DNA of 64,000 bases from Camelus ferus (GCF_009834535.1 NC_045697.1:40054001-40118000), one strand, 5' to 3'; shown: positions 48,810 to 62,793, counted from the first letter of the stretch. A program made the numbers and translations. Notes: generated from the sequence alone by a model not told the origin.

Positions 48810-49330
48810 ATGGCTCAGGCCATTACCACTGACCAGTCTCTCACTGCGCTGATCAAAGGCCCCTGGTAGCTGTAAGCAGAGCTGTGGGAGATCATGGTGC
48901 ATACAGTCTCTTGCACTGCTTTTTATTTGCTTCAACTTGGAGTGGTAGTGAAAATAAGTATACTGGGATCCAATATAGATATTACATACATAACCCAAAT
49001 GCCTCCAGGCCTATAATAAACCCTGCCCTGAAACCTGGACTTGCCAGGGGGAAATTGGCCAGGGAACAGACTGGGTCCTTACCGGTCCTTACCTGGCACT
49101 TGGTGGCCAGGCAGGCAAATAGAGAACTCAGGGCATCTGGGAGAGGCTTGGAGGATATCAAAAATCCTATGAGAAGGATGAAGAGAGTTTCTCTTAGGTC
49201 CATAGGAGAGCTTTGATAGTAGGTTGCCTGATTGTTGGAGTTACAGGCTCAGGAAGTTTGTTCCTTTAATAAGAAGATTGTTTTTGATTTTGCTTTGGTT
49301 GCCATTCTGTATAATAAATCATATCCTTTA
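48810..49330 (-). mobile_element. Possible decayed retroviral integrase C-terminal fragment
   Basis: Minus-frame pieces SPMDLRETLFILLIG and GSQYTYF..RDCMHHD loosely parallel gammaretroviral IN motifs (SPFEILYG; GPY..WIHHS). Confidence 0.3.
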
Positions 49331-49879
49331 TTAACACTAAACAAATTTGTAACCATCTGTTGCTGACATTTCATCAAGGACTGATACCCCTGTGAAAACC
49401 ATACAAGCAAGCCCCTCACTAGTATGGTTCTGGGAAAGGAGAATTACATCTCCCACCCCCCACCCCCAAAGTCTCCTAGTTATTTTTGGAGTTTTCAAAA
49501 ATGAGGCTCAAGTGATTTCATGAGTGAGTCTGTTGGCTCCCTTTACCTGAAGGCATCTTTTTGATTTGTCTAGTTATGTCCATGTGCACTGCCTACAAAA
49601 GCACATGGTGACACCTCACCCCTTCCAGTGCCCATTTAAGATCTCTAGTGTGTGTATCAAGGGTGTGGACCCTAGATGGCCCTAAGGCTTTTGTTTAAGA
49701 TCCTAAAGAAATCCTAATTTTGATAATTGATTGCAAGGCACATAAAACATGACAGTGACTTCAACCAGCCTGGAGATAGTCCAGCAGATCAGTGATATCA
49801 TCAGAGATCCACACTCTGTTTATTATTCTGCCATCTAAGAAATTAATAGAAAGAGTTGGGGAAAAGCCTTACATGGAAA

Positions 49880-50330
49880 ATTTACAATTAAACCACAAAT
49901 GATCATGAAACATTAAAAAAAGCTCACTCTTGCTAAGTCAGAGAACTATAAACTAAAACACTGATGTGCCATTTGTTCCCTATCAAATTAAAAAAATTAA
50001 AATTATTATCTTATCCAATATTTGTCAGAATTTAGGGGAACAGGCAATCTTTTAAATTGTTAGGAGGTTGAATTTGGCAGAAAGTTTTTGTGGGAAATTA
50101 GTTATGTGTATTAAAGTTTTTAAAATGAGCATACCTTTTGCCTCAGGATTCCTGGTCTGGAATTTATTTGGGTATGTGCAATAACAGCTCCAAGGGTGTT
50201 TTGTGAATAATAGAAAGATTGGTTAAATTACGGCACATAACAAACGACTGAATACCATGCAGCCATTAAATATAAAATTGTAAAAAGATACTGAATCATA
50301 GGGAGCCATGTTTGCAATATAGCGGTTTTA
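49880..50330 (+). mobile_element. Old L1ME ORF2/3' fragment
   Basis: gctcactcttgctaagtcagagaactataaactaaaac...gaataccatgcagccattaaa. Confidence 0.6.
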
Positions 50331-50334
50331 GAAA

Positions 50335-50560
50335 ATAATAATAGCTACCAATCTATTGACTGCCAACCAGTGATAATGACTTCTTTACACACATTTCAGT
50401 ACTTAACACACATTATCTTATTTCATCTTTTCTACCCTGAGAGATTGTTTCCCCTGATTACCAATAACCACCTAAAGACAAACTAACTAGTTCAAGTTCA
50501 AGTCTCCAGGGTTGGGGAGAACCAGGATTCAAACATAGGCTATCTGACTCCAGAGATGAT
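50335..50560 (-). mobile_element. MIR SINE
   Basis: aataataatagctaccaatctattgact...ggagaaccaggattcaaacataggctatctgactccaga. Confidence 0.7.
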
Positions 50561-51679
50561 GACTTTCATCCTTGTACTTTGTATGTAAGCCCATTTTTGT
50601 TTTTTGAGGAAATATGTGTGCATAGAAAAAGACTAAAAGCAGATGGTATGTGGCTGATGGGTTACAGGCAATTTTAATTTTTTTCTTGCTTGGTATGTAA
50701 TGAGAGAGAGATAAAAAAAGTTTAGTTAATTGAAAAAGTAAAAGTGCCAGATTAAGAACACATTCAGGGAAAAAACAACAAAGTAAAGTAAAATAAAGGG
50801 TTAAAGGCAAAAACAAAAAAACAAAAAACACATTCAGTGGAGTCCCAATAACCCAGCTCTATAAATACTGGGCAGTTCAGAGAGGTGATGAGGTGGAGAG
50901 CAGAGGGTGGGGTCTGAGAAACTGAGTCACCCGCTTATCCTACTAAGTTTTGTCCTTGTGCTAAATGGTCTCCTTTGAACTAGGTGACTCAACTGTAAAA
51001 TTAGTAAGGTCCTCTCCCTCCCTAATATTCTATTACTACCTCAAATAACCAAACAATAAAAGAGGGAGCAGGACATTTGAAAATAATTGGCCCAAAATAA
51101 AATGCTACCTTATACGTTGAAATAACTCATTTCTTTACAATGCAATACATTTATGAAATGCCTACTTTAATCTGAATTTTTCAAACAGAATTTGATGGCA
51201 ATGAAAGTATTAGGATGAGATTTGGAACCCTTTTCCTGAATCTGCACAATCACTTTCTAGCTTTTCCACACGATTAGTGTACTGAACATAAGTATTTATT
51301 ACAGGAGTGTAAAGAACACATTTAAACTGTTTATTGTAATATTTTCATTCAAAATGTTTTGGTTTCCCCTTCCCCCCACCCTTAGATTCGGTTCCTGATT
51401 TTATTGGCCCTGGGCCGCTCGCACCAGATCTCTCAGAAGCTCATTCAGTAGAGACCGCCTACTTGCTCTGGGGTGGACAACGTGCATGACAGAAAAAAAA
51501 AATCGGTGTCAATGTCCTCTGGTGCTTAGGGGTGTGGGACACCGGTTTTGACCAAATCCATCTAGGTCAGCGCGGGTATTTATCAGCTTAGCGGTTCCCT
51601 GGACTAATCGCCACTGTCCGTCTCCTACAAACCCTAGAGACAGGAGTTTTCTGCTTTGTCCTTGCATGCTCCAGGATAG

Positions 51680-52205
51680 TCATCGTCGTGACTCGGGCCC
51701 CGCGGGCGGGTGACAGGTCCAGCGTCTGGCTGGGTCCGCTCGCTTATCGCCGCCGGGCAGGCGGCGCCACGCCTTCCGCTGGCGCGCGGGCACCGACCCC
51801 GAGGGAGCCGCGGCGCGGGGGAGGGGCCGCCGCCCTGCGCCCTCCACTCCCGGAGCCCGAAGCGTGCAAGGTGAAGCCGGCGTCGGTGTTTTTGGCGCTC
51901 GCCGCTCGCTGCCCGGACCGCTTGGCTGGCCGCCCGCCGCCCGTGGCCGTGAAGATAACTCGGGGCCAGCGCCTTCCCAGACCCGCCGCTGCGCCTGTGA
52001 GTTGGGGCTCGCCGGGAGCGCGCGGGCGCGGTGGGTGGGCTGCCTGCCGGGCTGTGAGCATCTGTAGCGGAAGGCCGACCCCGGCCGGGTTTTGCTGCCG
52101 GCGCGGGCTGTGTCCTGAGCCCTGCGCCGTTCCAGACTGAGTCCAGAGCGCGCGAGACGGAAGAGGGAGTCCTCGGCCGTGCGACAGAGTCTGGGGAGAC
52201 GCTGG
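51680..52205. promoter_or_regulatory. CpG island / probable promoter and first exon of an unidentified gene
   Basis: Abrupt GC- and CpG-rich block in an otherwise CpG-depleted window; GC-box-like gcgggggagggg; ETS-like cggaag twice (~52068, ~52158); donor-like CCT|GTGAGT at 51996/51997. Confidence 0.9.
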
Positions 52206-52842
52206 AAGGGGGCAGCCTGGAAAGGAAGCAGGGAGTTTTTGGAAAAGCTCTCCACTATTTAGAAAGCACAGTGCAGATGCTTGATGTCTTTGTTAAGTAG
52301 GAGCTGCTTCCGTAGGGTATGTTTGGAAGGTCCCGCTGACTCATCTCAGAGTTTATATATAAATGATTGTTCGTACTTCGCCTCTGAGCGTAGCAGCTCC
52401 TGAGATTGAAGCCCCTGGTTAAACTGAACCGCTACTAAGCTGAGTGAGTAAACTGTGAAAGCCGTTTGAGATGTGTGTGGCACGAAAGGTTCGTGGGTAT
52501 TGCGTGAACATTTGGTAGAAAACAGAAATTGTACAAATGAGATGTTTAGGTTTTAATTATTTCTTCCCAGTCTCCATACTTTTCATTTGAAAGTATGAAA
52601 TAGACTGAAAATTTAGACTTTTTTTTCCAGAAAACAATGTCTTGGTGCAACCAATTCCGTGTCTGGTAGTGTGTGTTAAGAGCCCACTGGTAAAACTTTT
52701 ACCTTTCTCCAAATGTATGAAACTAGAGTTGGTATGGGATGGATAAAACCTTATTGAGTATGGAAGTTACTACAAGATGAGAGAGAAATTTGTTACTTTA
52801 AAGGGATTAACCAACATATTCTATGTCTTTTTCTTCCCCCAG

Positions 52843-53659
52843 GACGTAAAGTTTGTCCACAACTTTAGATGGTTTGCTAAAGAGTTGTTGAGCTGTCTTT
52901 TGTAATTTTTCTGTGGATAGTTGACTTTTAATAACTTGAAAAATTTAACCAGCTTATTACAATACTTAATAAAAATAATTCTGAAGACGTTAGAACAATA
53001 CAGGAAAATACATGACTGAAAAAACTATATTGCAAATCTGGCAGTTTTAAAAAACCTGTATTATTGCTTACGTTTTATTTTTCTTGCCTAATAGAAATAT
53101 AAAAGCTCATTCCATATTTCAGAAAAGAAAAAAAAAAAAAACTTCATAGTAACAAATGTTTATTAGTCATCTTTATTCCAGACCCTGGCACTCAGCAAGA
53201 GCTTCCTTAGAAAACACATTCTTTTGCATCAAAATGATATTAAAATACACTTACAGCCAAAATGGATTTCTGCATTTATTTTTATTAAGCACTCATAAAG
53301 CATTTGAGGCAAACATAAGTATTACAAATGGAAAATAAAATACACCAAGAATAGGGGAGCAGTTTAGGGGAGCAGATTAGAATAGTTGTGGACAGGAAAT
53401 TAAAGTTACAACCTGGAGGCTAAAACAAAAAGGGACTGATCAGTCATACAATTCAATGAGGATAAAGGCAGGAAATATACGACCTCCTTGGAGAAGATTT
53501 TTTCCCGGCATCTACTTCTGAGGGAGATGTTTTGTGTCACAGAAGGATGCAAAGGAGACTGAAAAATGGCAGTGGGAGAGCATCCTTTGGGCTCATCCCA
53601 TAGTACATGCACCACTGTGTTTTCTAGGACTACATGCACTAGTTGTGATTTTCCTTACG
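52843..53659 (+). other. Candidate non-coding (5'UTR) exon region downstream of the CpG island
   Basis: Strong acceptor tctttttcttcccccAG|G at 52842/52843 and consensus donor ACG|GTAAGT at 53659/53660 in repeat-free sequence; may be two smaller exons. Confidence 0.35.
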
Positions 53660-54059
53660 GTAAGTGTTATAAGAAACACCTGTTGGATGCTAAGCCCCTA
53701 TGGTCACACATGCTGCTGTTTGACTACTTAGGGCTTGTTTGGGAATCTAGATTTTTTTAGAGGGATAGGTAGACCTGTTGTCCTTCAGATACTCTGTATT
53801 TCTCTCAAGCGTTTTTGATAGAAGTTTGGCAGCTGTTGAAGTCTATTTCAAGTGGGAAGGTTTATTACTGGGATTATAGGTTAGGGTTGTGATCTTTTAG
53901 TGCAATTTAAAGAATCTGAGTGGCCATCCTCTCTATAGGATATAGGATGTAGGATATATGGGTCTACAGGAAGTACAAGTTTATCCTTTAAAAAATCAGT
54001 TCCCACTTCACTCCACGATGTGAACCAATAATGATAAATTGTCTAGATTTTGGCCTCAT

Positions 54060-54230
54060 TTTTTTTCCCCAACAACAGCTTTGTGAAATATAATTCACAT
54101 GTCATACAGTTCACACCTATTTAAAGTGTACAGTTTGTGCAGTCATCATGTTTTCATCATCCTCTCCCCTAAAAACCTATTAACACTCACTCCCCCTTCT
54201 CAGCATAGTCCCCCCCACCCCCTCTGGTTT
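54060..54230 (-). mobile_element. L1MB-type 3' tail fragment
   Basis: aacagctttgtgaaatataattcacatgtcatacagttcacacctatttaaagtgtacagt. Confidence 0.7.
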
Positions 54231-56464
54231 TTTGGAAGCTGATATTCTACCTCACTAGGAGACTGTTAAGAAAGTGGATATCTAATTTTTGACCCACAGA
54301 GTTAGCTTGTTTATAGAAATAAAGAAAATATTCAGAGAATCATTGCATTGAAAATTAGTGTACTGTAGTTTAAACTGAGGTGGGTGGGTGTGGGTTAAGC
54401 AAAAATGCTGCCCCCATCCTGATTTCAAATAAGAAGTTTTGTTTTCAGCAGGAGGAGTGGAATGAAATCTTGGCAAGGTCAGAAACCTTGTTGAAAATGC
54501 TGATCCCTAGCTCAGTCCCTTTGGACTGGCAACTGAAAAGACCCGTTAGTCTTTGGAAGAGGAGTTGGCTGGAAATTAGTGCATAGGCCCAGGTAGCATT
54601 AGGTATTTCTGTGTCATTTCATAGGCATTGAGTTTTTCCCAGAAGTGTAAAAATGGAAGTCTCCAGAAAACAAGAACCCCTGTGATTGCCCCCTGAAGAC
54701 GCTTGAGCTGAGTGTCTTACAAGGAAAGAGGAAAGACTGCTGGAACGGTATCCAAACTTCATCAGATACTTTTACATAGGAGTTCTGCCTCTTCTCTTCC
54801 TATTCTGCACAGCCTGACCCTGGCTCCACCCTGACCGGACCCTAGGGAACAGGATGGGTAGAAAAGTTAGAGGGACAACAGAAAAGTTAGAAAGGGAGAA
54901 GGAAGCGTTTCATTTTACCCCTTTTCCTCAATCATCCCGTGTTAGTTTGGAATGTGTTAATACAAGATCATCCGGTCCTCAGAGTAATAAAGGAGGTAGC
55001 CATTAACTGGTGAGTGCTTGCTGTGTGCAGGTGGTTTTTACATCTGTTCTCAGTTTATGCTCGCACTAAACCTTCCAGGGAGGTTTAGGAGTTTGGTATT
55101 TATAGAGGAGGAGGCTGAGAGGTCTCAGGGTCATTTATAGCTGGAACAAAAAAACCATATTGAACTTTAATTGGAGTTCACCAATCCTTGCTTTTCTTTT
55201 CTTTTCTTTTCTTTTTTGGATCTAGCCTGGTCATTTGTTTCACATTTTCCTTACATGTTCACAAAGCAGCTCACAGGGCCATGGAAAGAGTGTGTGAGTT
55301 GACAGGGAGAGGGAGGCCCAGACCTAACGTGCTTCTATAAACTGTGCCATTTCTTCATTTTCTACTTTTGATGAAGTCTCCTCATCTCTCTGGACTACAG
55401 TTTCTTCACAGGACCAGAGAATGTATGAGTTTGAATGGGTGGGGTCTGATTGTATTTGAGTCCAGAAGTGGAATCTGGGCTAGTTGAAAGTGCCAGAACA
55501 GTAGTACAGAGTGTCAGGTATGCTGAGAACACTTCATATTCTTACCTGATCCATCAGTGAAGGTTTCTGCAAACTTGCCATCTACTTTGATTCATAATCT
55601 TTCTGATCCATTTCTCCTGTTTCATAACATGGGGATACTGTTAGATGTCTTCCCAGGATACCTCATATGATGGTTACCTCAAATAAAACGTGTGCTTCAG
55701 AAACCATGAAGTAGTAAGCTAATTTTAGTTAAAAATCAAAGGGTATCATTTCAGCCATACCTAAATCTTAATAGTAATAGTATTATCATACTAAACTGTT
55801 CACTGCTTCTATCTGGAATCTAAGGTATGAGTAGAGTCCATTTGACATATGCAGTGAGATTTACTCCCAGATGTAACTAGCAACCTATGGCCAGTTGACT
55901 CATTCCAGTTGCTCCAGTATAGATCCATCCTTTCTACTTTGCTCTTTCCTGGAGCTACAAACCACTCACTGTGTTCTGATTTCATGCTTAGGTATATACC
56001 TTCACTCTCTCCCAGTTAGATGGGTGTGTTCTATCTTGCCTCCTAGAATGCCACCCAATCTGGAGAAAAATTCAAGAGGTTTTAATTTTTCAACAGAAAT
56101 CAAATTGCTATTCTCCTCTCCCTTCGTAATTGCCACCTAAACAAGGAAGAGGTGCAAATTGCTCCTGGAGAGCAGTTTACAAAATGTAAACTTCCTGCTT
56201 TCTTCCCTGTCAGTGTGATAAAGATAGCCCCTACACTTGGTTTTTAGATATCACAGCTCTCCTATCATTTGAATTTCAGCTAATTTAAAATATGTTAGAG
56301 AAACAAGGAAAAGATACCTTTGAAGTGTCAATGTATTTCAAAATACATTTAGCTGTGGCTAGGTGGTATAGGTCTTGAAGTTTTAAAGAATAAAGATGAT
56401 ATTTTAAGTCTAATATTACACTTGCATTAGAAGCATTGGGAAATACTGAGGTTATTTCATTATT

Positions 56465-57520
56465 TTAATTTTTTATTTTGAAATAATTTTAGACTGAAAT
56501 GTTGCAAAAAAATGGTTCAGAGAGTTCCTCTGACATCTTATGTAACTAATTGTTGAAACTAATGGATTAACATTGGTAAATGCTATTAACTATAGACTAT
56601 TTGGATTTCCTCAGCTTTTCACTATTCTTTTTGTTCAGAATGCAGCCTAGGAGCGCAAACTGCATTTGATTGTTGTATATCCTTAATTTCTTCCAATCTG
56701 TGGCAGCTCCTCAACCTTCTGTTGTTTTTTCTGACCTGGACACTTGTGAAGAGTGCTGGTCAGTTATTTTGTAGAATGTCCTGCAATTAGTACTCAGTGT
56801 TTTCTCATGCTTAGATTGAAGTTATGTATTTTGGGAAGAGATACTATAAGTAATTCCAGTGCATCATATCAGGGGTCCATGATGTCTTATTACTGATGTA
56901 AACCTTCGTGAAGTGCTGTTTGCCAGGTCCCCCTTGTAAAGTTACTATTTTTCCCTTTGTATTTAGTAGATATCTTGGGAGAGAAACTTGGACTATGTAA
57001 ATACCCTGTTTTTCCTTAAATTTTTAATCACTAGTTTTAGCATCCATTGGTAGAACTGGATGTACATGAAACTGTTGTTCTAATCATGATTTTAAAATTG
57101 GTTTTCTCATTTCTTCTATGTTTATTAATGAGAATGCTTCTGTAAGGAACAGATGTTCTTTCACCATTTATTTATTCAACTATTTTTATCAGTACACACT
57201 CATCAATATTTATTTTATTATATGCATTGTAATCCAATACATCATCATTTAGTTTGCTGCTCAAATTGTCCCACCTTTGGCCACTAGGAGCTCTTCTTTC
57301 AGCTTGGCCCCTGTGCCCTTTTGACAGACCACCTCCCTACTCCATTTTTTAAAAAAGGCATTTCCTTACTTTCTGGCATCACAAAAGCTCCAGGCTCATT
57401 TTTATATTTTTCATGCCCCAGCCATGGAATCAGCCATTTCTTCAAGACACTTTGGTTCCCTTTTTTGGAGACTGTTACAAGAAACCAAGATCTGGGTACT
57501 AGGTATGTTGCTGGAGTTTC
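56465..57520 (-). mobile_element. L1MC4/L1MD-type 3'UTR
   Basis: ttttattttgaaataattttagact...tggaatcagccatttcttcaag...agaaaccaagatctgggtactaggt. Confidence 0.8.
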
Positions 57521-60123
57521 TTTGAGCTTTTTAAGTTCAATAGATTTGTGACCTAGTAAATGCATCTCTACAAAGATCAGTAATGCCTTTAATTTCAAAC
57601 ACTCTAGAGGCCCCAGTTGTAGTTGCCAATTTAGGTTCAGTCTCTTATGGGAAAGAAATGAAATTGACAGGGTTTAGAATTTTAAAAGTTCCCAGTTTTT
57701 CTCAAATGATGATCTGTAAGTGCTTACATAAGAAACAGAATGAATACATTAATTTTTATTTATTCAGGCTCTGATAAGAAAGTAGGAATTTTTTTTAGCT
57801 TATTTTATTTAAACTATGTCCTGACTGATGGTTGAAGGGGAGCTATGTGTGGGTCATATCTTTCAGATGTACAAATTATGAGGTCCCAGCCCCCTACTCC
57901 CCACCTCCATCCACCCCATCCTGGGGCAAATCTTTCTCATTCTGAAAGAAAGGGTTTTAGGCAAGATCTTCATTTCTCTTGTTTTTTTGTGTGCTAAGAG
58001 GACTCCTGAATATCCAGAAAATTTGGACATTTCCCCTCTATTTTAGTTATAATTTTAGTGCCTGTTGATTGAGTTCACAGTGATAAAAAGATTCAGTTAA
58101 ATTTCAGATTTGCATTTATGTTAGTCATGCTAGCTTACTTTTAATATTGAGGTGTATTTACTCAGTTAAACTTTATTTTAATCTTAGCCAGCCCTGATGA
58201 TATACAGAACGCTTTCCTCAGGGTTTCATTTCCACAGACCTTCTGTAACTTTCTTCTTATTTTCAGATTTTGTCCTATGCTTTTCCTTTCTTTCTTTGTC
58301 TCCAGGACAAAATTACTTTCATTTCCCTTAATGAAATGTATTTCCATTTCTTATACCCTTTTTCCTTTCATAGAAAGATATTTTCCTTACGAGTTTTAGT
58401 TGTCTCAAATACATGTATTAATCAAAATTCTTTTGAAACCCTTAATTTCTAGTGAAAACTAAGAAGTCAGCAATTATTATAAACTTTCACAGTATTATTC
58501 TGTAGATTGGCAAAATCACAAATACTGTTTATTTCTAAAACACAGACTTTTTTATAGAAAATTTTTTATTGCGACATCAAACATTTTTGTTAATACACCT
58601 AAAAAGTTTCTCTGTAAAAGGAAGCCTTTCTTGAGTAATAACTGTTTCAGTATCTCATTTTATTTGGGAGTGATCTATACATTGAATAAATTTTCATCAT
58701 TTCACTTAACTTAGCAAAACTCTAACGTTTTAAGTCACCAAAAATCTGGAGAAACCATTTTTAAGTAGACACAGCATAAAACATAATTATTCTTAAATAA
58801 TTTACCTAAAAGCTCTTACCTCATTTATATCTATTAAATTGCAATTATGTTTAGATTATCCATGAAAGACATAAAAACAAACATAGCTACAGATCTCATA
58901 GCTTCATTTCAAAACTTAGTCATCAATCGGTTATTACATTATAAACTTACTAGTTCATAAATAACAACTGGAACAAGTTAAATTTATTTGCTCAGATGAC
59001 GAAAGCTTTTCTCTATTTGTGGAAAAGACTTTTAAGATTTGTATTTGTTCTTGATAAATCCTTAAGGAAGCTGTGAATTAGATTTGTTGAGGGAGTCTTT
59101 CTAGCTGTTTGAGTTTAAAAAGGCTCTTTTCCCTTTTTTGGGGGGTGGAGGTGGGGGTCTTCAGGTTCTACCTGATTGAGCTAATTCAGCTCAGTCTCAG
59201 GTCCTTGTGGGTTGTATTTACATATCTGATTTGTAGAGATTTGCAAGACAAAGACAGTTGCTTTTAAATTCCCCAGAGAACTGGTCTGCTGCCTAAGTGA
59301 TAATAAAAGATTGATTTTCCCAGCTACATTTTCTTTAATTCGATTTTTTTTTATCAGTAAGTAGACTTCCAACTACATGGAAAATCAAGAGTTCTATGTT
59401 CTAAAACTTAAGGGTTCAATTTATCACGCCTTCAAAAGTTTGCTCAAGGTATTCAATAAAGGCCCTCTTTCAGAGTGTACAAATTAAACCCAGAGCAATT
59501 TACCCTAGGGGCAAAAATTCTCCATTATTGCTTTTATATTAGCCCCTGAATACTAGCACTGAGTTTTATTTCATATTGTGTATGGACGCAGATAACCCTA
59601 TGGATTTTTTTAGTATGTTTAATCAGTATTGCCTGAGGAACATATTTATATGCCCTGTCTTATACCAGGCAGGGGGAAGTGTTCCCCAGTGAGACCTGTT
59701 GTTTGTCGCATAGTATGATTAGGCAAAAGAGATGTAACCACCTTATAGAAAGCCAGTTCAAATATATCAATTTTTATAAACATTCATTTCAATTCTATCA
59801 ACTCTTAACCTTTAACTTTATCCTCCATTAGGACCCCATCAGCCAGTCTTGATCTTACAAGGAGTCCCAGAAACCTTTCTTTTTATCCCCTGACCATTTT
59901 ATCTATTTTTGTATAAATGGCTTTGGGGTGTCCAGTGAGGAATTGAGCCAAGGGACTCAGGATCTTTCGTCAATCTTTGAACTTAATTAATTGGCCTAAC
60001 TGTTGCCCCAAGCAATCGCTGGTCAGGTATCTCAGTGTAATTTTTTAGCAGCCTTTTAAATATATGTATTTTAAACTGGAATAAACAGAGTGCACTTGTT
60101 TAGGGCTCTTCAGTGTTGAGGAC

Positions 60124-62793
60124 TGTCAACTGAAATAAATGCACAGCCTAAAAGTTGAGAGTTTTATTCAACGGAAGGACTCAAACCGGGATGACAGCCT
60201 CTCAGATGGCTCTGAGAAACTGCTCCAAAGAGGGTAAGGGAGAAGCTAGGATGTATTGGAGTTTTACAACAAAGACCAGGTAGTTGGAACATTAAAAGAT
60301 CACTTGTTATCTGAAGAAAACCAGAAGGAGTCCTAGAAGCCTTTTTTTTTTTTTTAATCTTTTGTCCATTTTATCTAATTTTATATAAAAGTCTCTGGGA
60401 TCCTTAGTTTGAGCCAAAGGACTTAGGCCCTTGTCGATTTTAAAATTTGATTAATTGGTCTAACTGTTGCTCCAGTTGTTGATCAAGTATCTCAGTGTAT
60501 ATTTTTTCCCCAGCCCTATAAATATATACATTTTAAACCAGGGTAAATAGAGCAGACTTGTTTGAACTTTAATGCTGGGGACCAGTAGGTGATCCCTTTG
60601 GCCTTTTTAACCTTACGTAGTGTAGTATCAAAACCTTGTCTATCTTAAGCCATAAATATCCCTTTTATTTATCCCATTTTAAATAACCATCTGAACAATA
60701 TTTATCCATTTGGGATAAGTCCCTTATTTTTCCCTTGTTAAGAAAAAAAATCTTTAGACATTTTCTACATTCCTTTTTCCAGTACTCAACCTAATTAACA
60801 TTAATTATTCTAATGTTTTTATAGCATCTCTAAAACCCATTGAGGGGAAAAGGGAAACATAAATACAGCTTTTCAAATCCGTTTTTTTTTAAAATTAAGT
60901 TCTTAGGTTAACCATTAGATATATATTTTTCCACCTTTAAACTTGATTGATTTTTATAGGTACCAATAAAACCTATAAACTATAGGTTTATAATGAGAGC
61001 TCTCTAAAGTTTTACCAGTTTAGAAGTTTTTCCAATTTAAAGGATCTGTCATCTGGCCATCAGTGAAATACGTATGTATTAGTAGTGATTTTAAAACGAT
61101 AAGACAAATAGGCTTTCCCACAAGAAAGTAGGAGGGGTGGGTTGCCGCCTAAATAAGTTTCAAAAGTTTACTCCCCCAAAATGTAAAAAGGCCTTTGCGG
61201 TCCAGGCTGATGCAACAAAAGGTTAAGGTGGCAAAATGTCTGAGAATTGGTACAATCAAAGGATTGTTCAGAATCCCAATTTATTTGCTTGGCCACCATA
61301 TGTACATCATATTTATACCTTCTAGATGACAGAGTCCAAGTTTTTGTTAAAAAAAAAAAAACACATACATACATACATACACACAAAACGCCCAGAGAAA
61401 GAAAACCTTTACATTTCAAGGACACAGGAAGAAAAATCCAAGTTCCTCTTAAAAGGGCTTTTGTTTTTGTAAGGTAAGAATTCCGGAGAAAAATATTTTT
61501 ATCAGGCCGACTTTTTTTTTTTAACTTAACTGCGTAAGCAATGGAAGAGCCCTGACCTAGTTATTTTCAAGGTAAGATTTTCTTTAATTCTCAGCTGAAG
61601 TAAATTTTGTACGTACATGAACTTGGCCGGGGTATTAGTTAGAGGTTGGCAGTCTGTCATTTCTTTTTCTTTTGTCTTGAAAGTTCTAGTCCCCATTCTA
61701 AGGTTGGGTTGTCAGAATAAAATTGCTAGTGGGTTTCCCTGCAGGGACAGCTACATGGCATGAGATATTTGCCTCTACCACTCCTGCAAGTTTCTTAGTC
61801 ACCTGAGAAAGCACAAGCCATTGTCAGCCAGGAAGAGAGTCCCATCTTTGGAGTTGAAAGGCTTCTCATAAGATTTTACTTTTATCCCGACAAATTTAGT
61901 GGAGGTAGCCAAATTGAGGAAAGTGTTAGACCAGCCTCTTACCCAACCACTCCGTCCAGACCTTGGTATCTTTCAACTAGACCCCACCTGGGACGTCTCC
62001 TTAGGGTGGGTATGTCCCTGGTATCTTTCAACCAGTCCCCACCAGCACGTCTCCACTGGGCGGGTATTTCCCCCCAGTATCTTTCAACTGGGGGTCCAGG
62101 TACCTGGATACACCACCAAATAAAATTCAGTATCATCAACCAATATGGGAGATCTGAGAACCTGGAGAGACTCACCCAAATTTGTCTGGACTCCCCAAGG
62201 AGGCAGATGGGCACAAAGGGCCACTGCTGGTACCAAGGCTCCAGTTCCTCATAGAGTTCAGGCGAAGGAGAGAAGTCTGCTCTGGGTCCCTCCCTTCTTA
62301 GTGGTCACCAAAACTGTCAACTGAAGTTAATGCACAGCCTAAAAGTTGTGAGTTATGTTTTAATCGGCCAGAGGACTCAAGCCAGGATAACAGCTTCTCA
62401 GATCACTCTGAGAAACTGCTCCGAAGAGGTAGGAGAGGAGCTAGGACATATAGGAATTTTACAACAAAGACCAGGTAGTCGGAACATTAAAAGATTACTT
62501 GTTAAATGAAGAATACTGGATGTGTCAAGTTAAAGAATTTAGTGCTTTCCTATGTATGGGGGGGAGCAAACATTTGGGCTCATTGAATTCATTCCTTTGA
62601 CAAGCATCTAGCTATCTAGGGCCAATATCCTGTCCTTTCTTATTCTCAGTCCCCTCAGAGTGCACCATTGTGAGTGGCTGCAGAGGCTGGGCTGCAGGCT
62701 TGTCTTCACTGGAGGGTGGCGGTAGCAGCTGATGACTTGATGGCTTCAGCATTCTTTGTTTACTGATACGGCTTGCAGTATTTTTCGGTCACA
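60124..62793 (-). mobile_element. MER41-like ERV1 provirus, internally deleted: truncated 3' LTR 60124-~60325, internal sequence, PBS(Arg-like) ~62291-62310, full 5' LTR 62315-62793
   Basis: Two direct copies of tgtcaactgaa.t.aatgcacagcctaaaagttg; PBS reverse complement tggtgaccac..gaaggga complementary to a tRNA-Arg 3' end; TSD aggac/gggac. Confidence 0.85.
61966..62090 (+). repeat. ~55-bp tandem repeat (2.3 copies) in the proviral leader
   Basis: gtatctttcaac at 61966, 62021 and 62077; acgtctcc and gggtat repeat in register. Confidence 0.85.

Noticed and set aside
48982..49203. ORF with a hydrophobic, signal-peptide-like N-terminus (MDLRETLFILLIGFLISS)
   Set aside because: Short, with no supporting exon structure; more plausibly decayed retroviral sequence.
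51680..52255. Overlapping 105-191 aa ORFs on both strands
   Set aside because: Arg/Pro/Ala/Gly-rich products expected from stop-codon scarcity in a CpG island; no ATG starts or domains.
61966..62090. Regularly spaced repeat superficially like a CRISPR array
   Set aside because: The intervening segments are themselves homologous (tandem repeat), it lies in an ERV leader, the context is mammalian and there are no cas genes.
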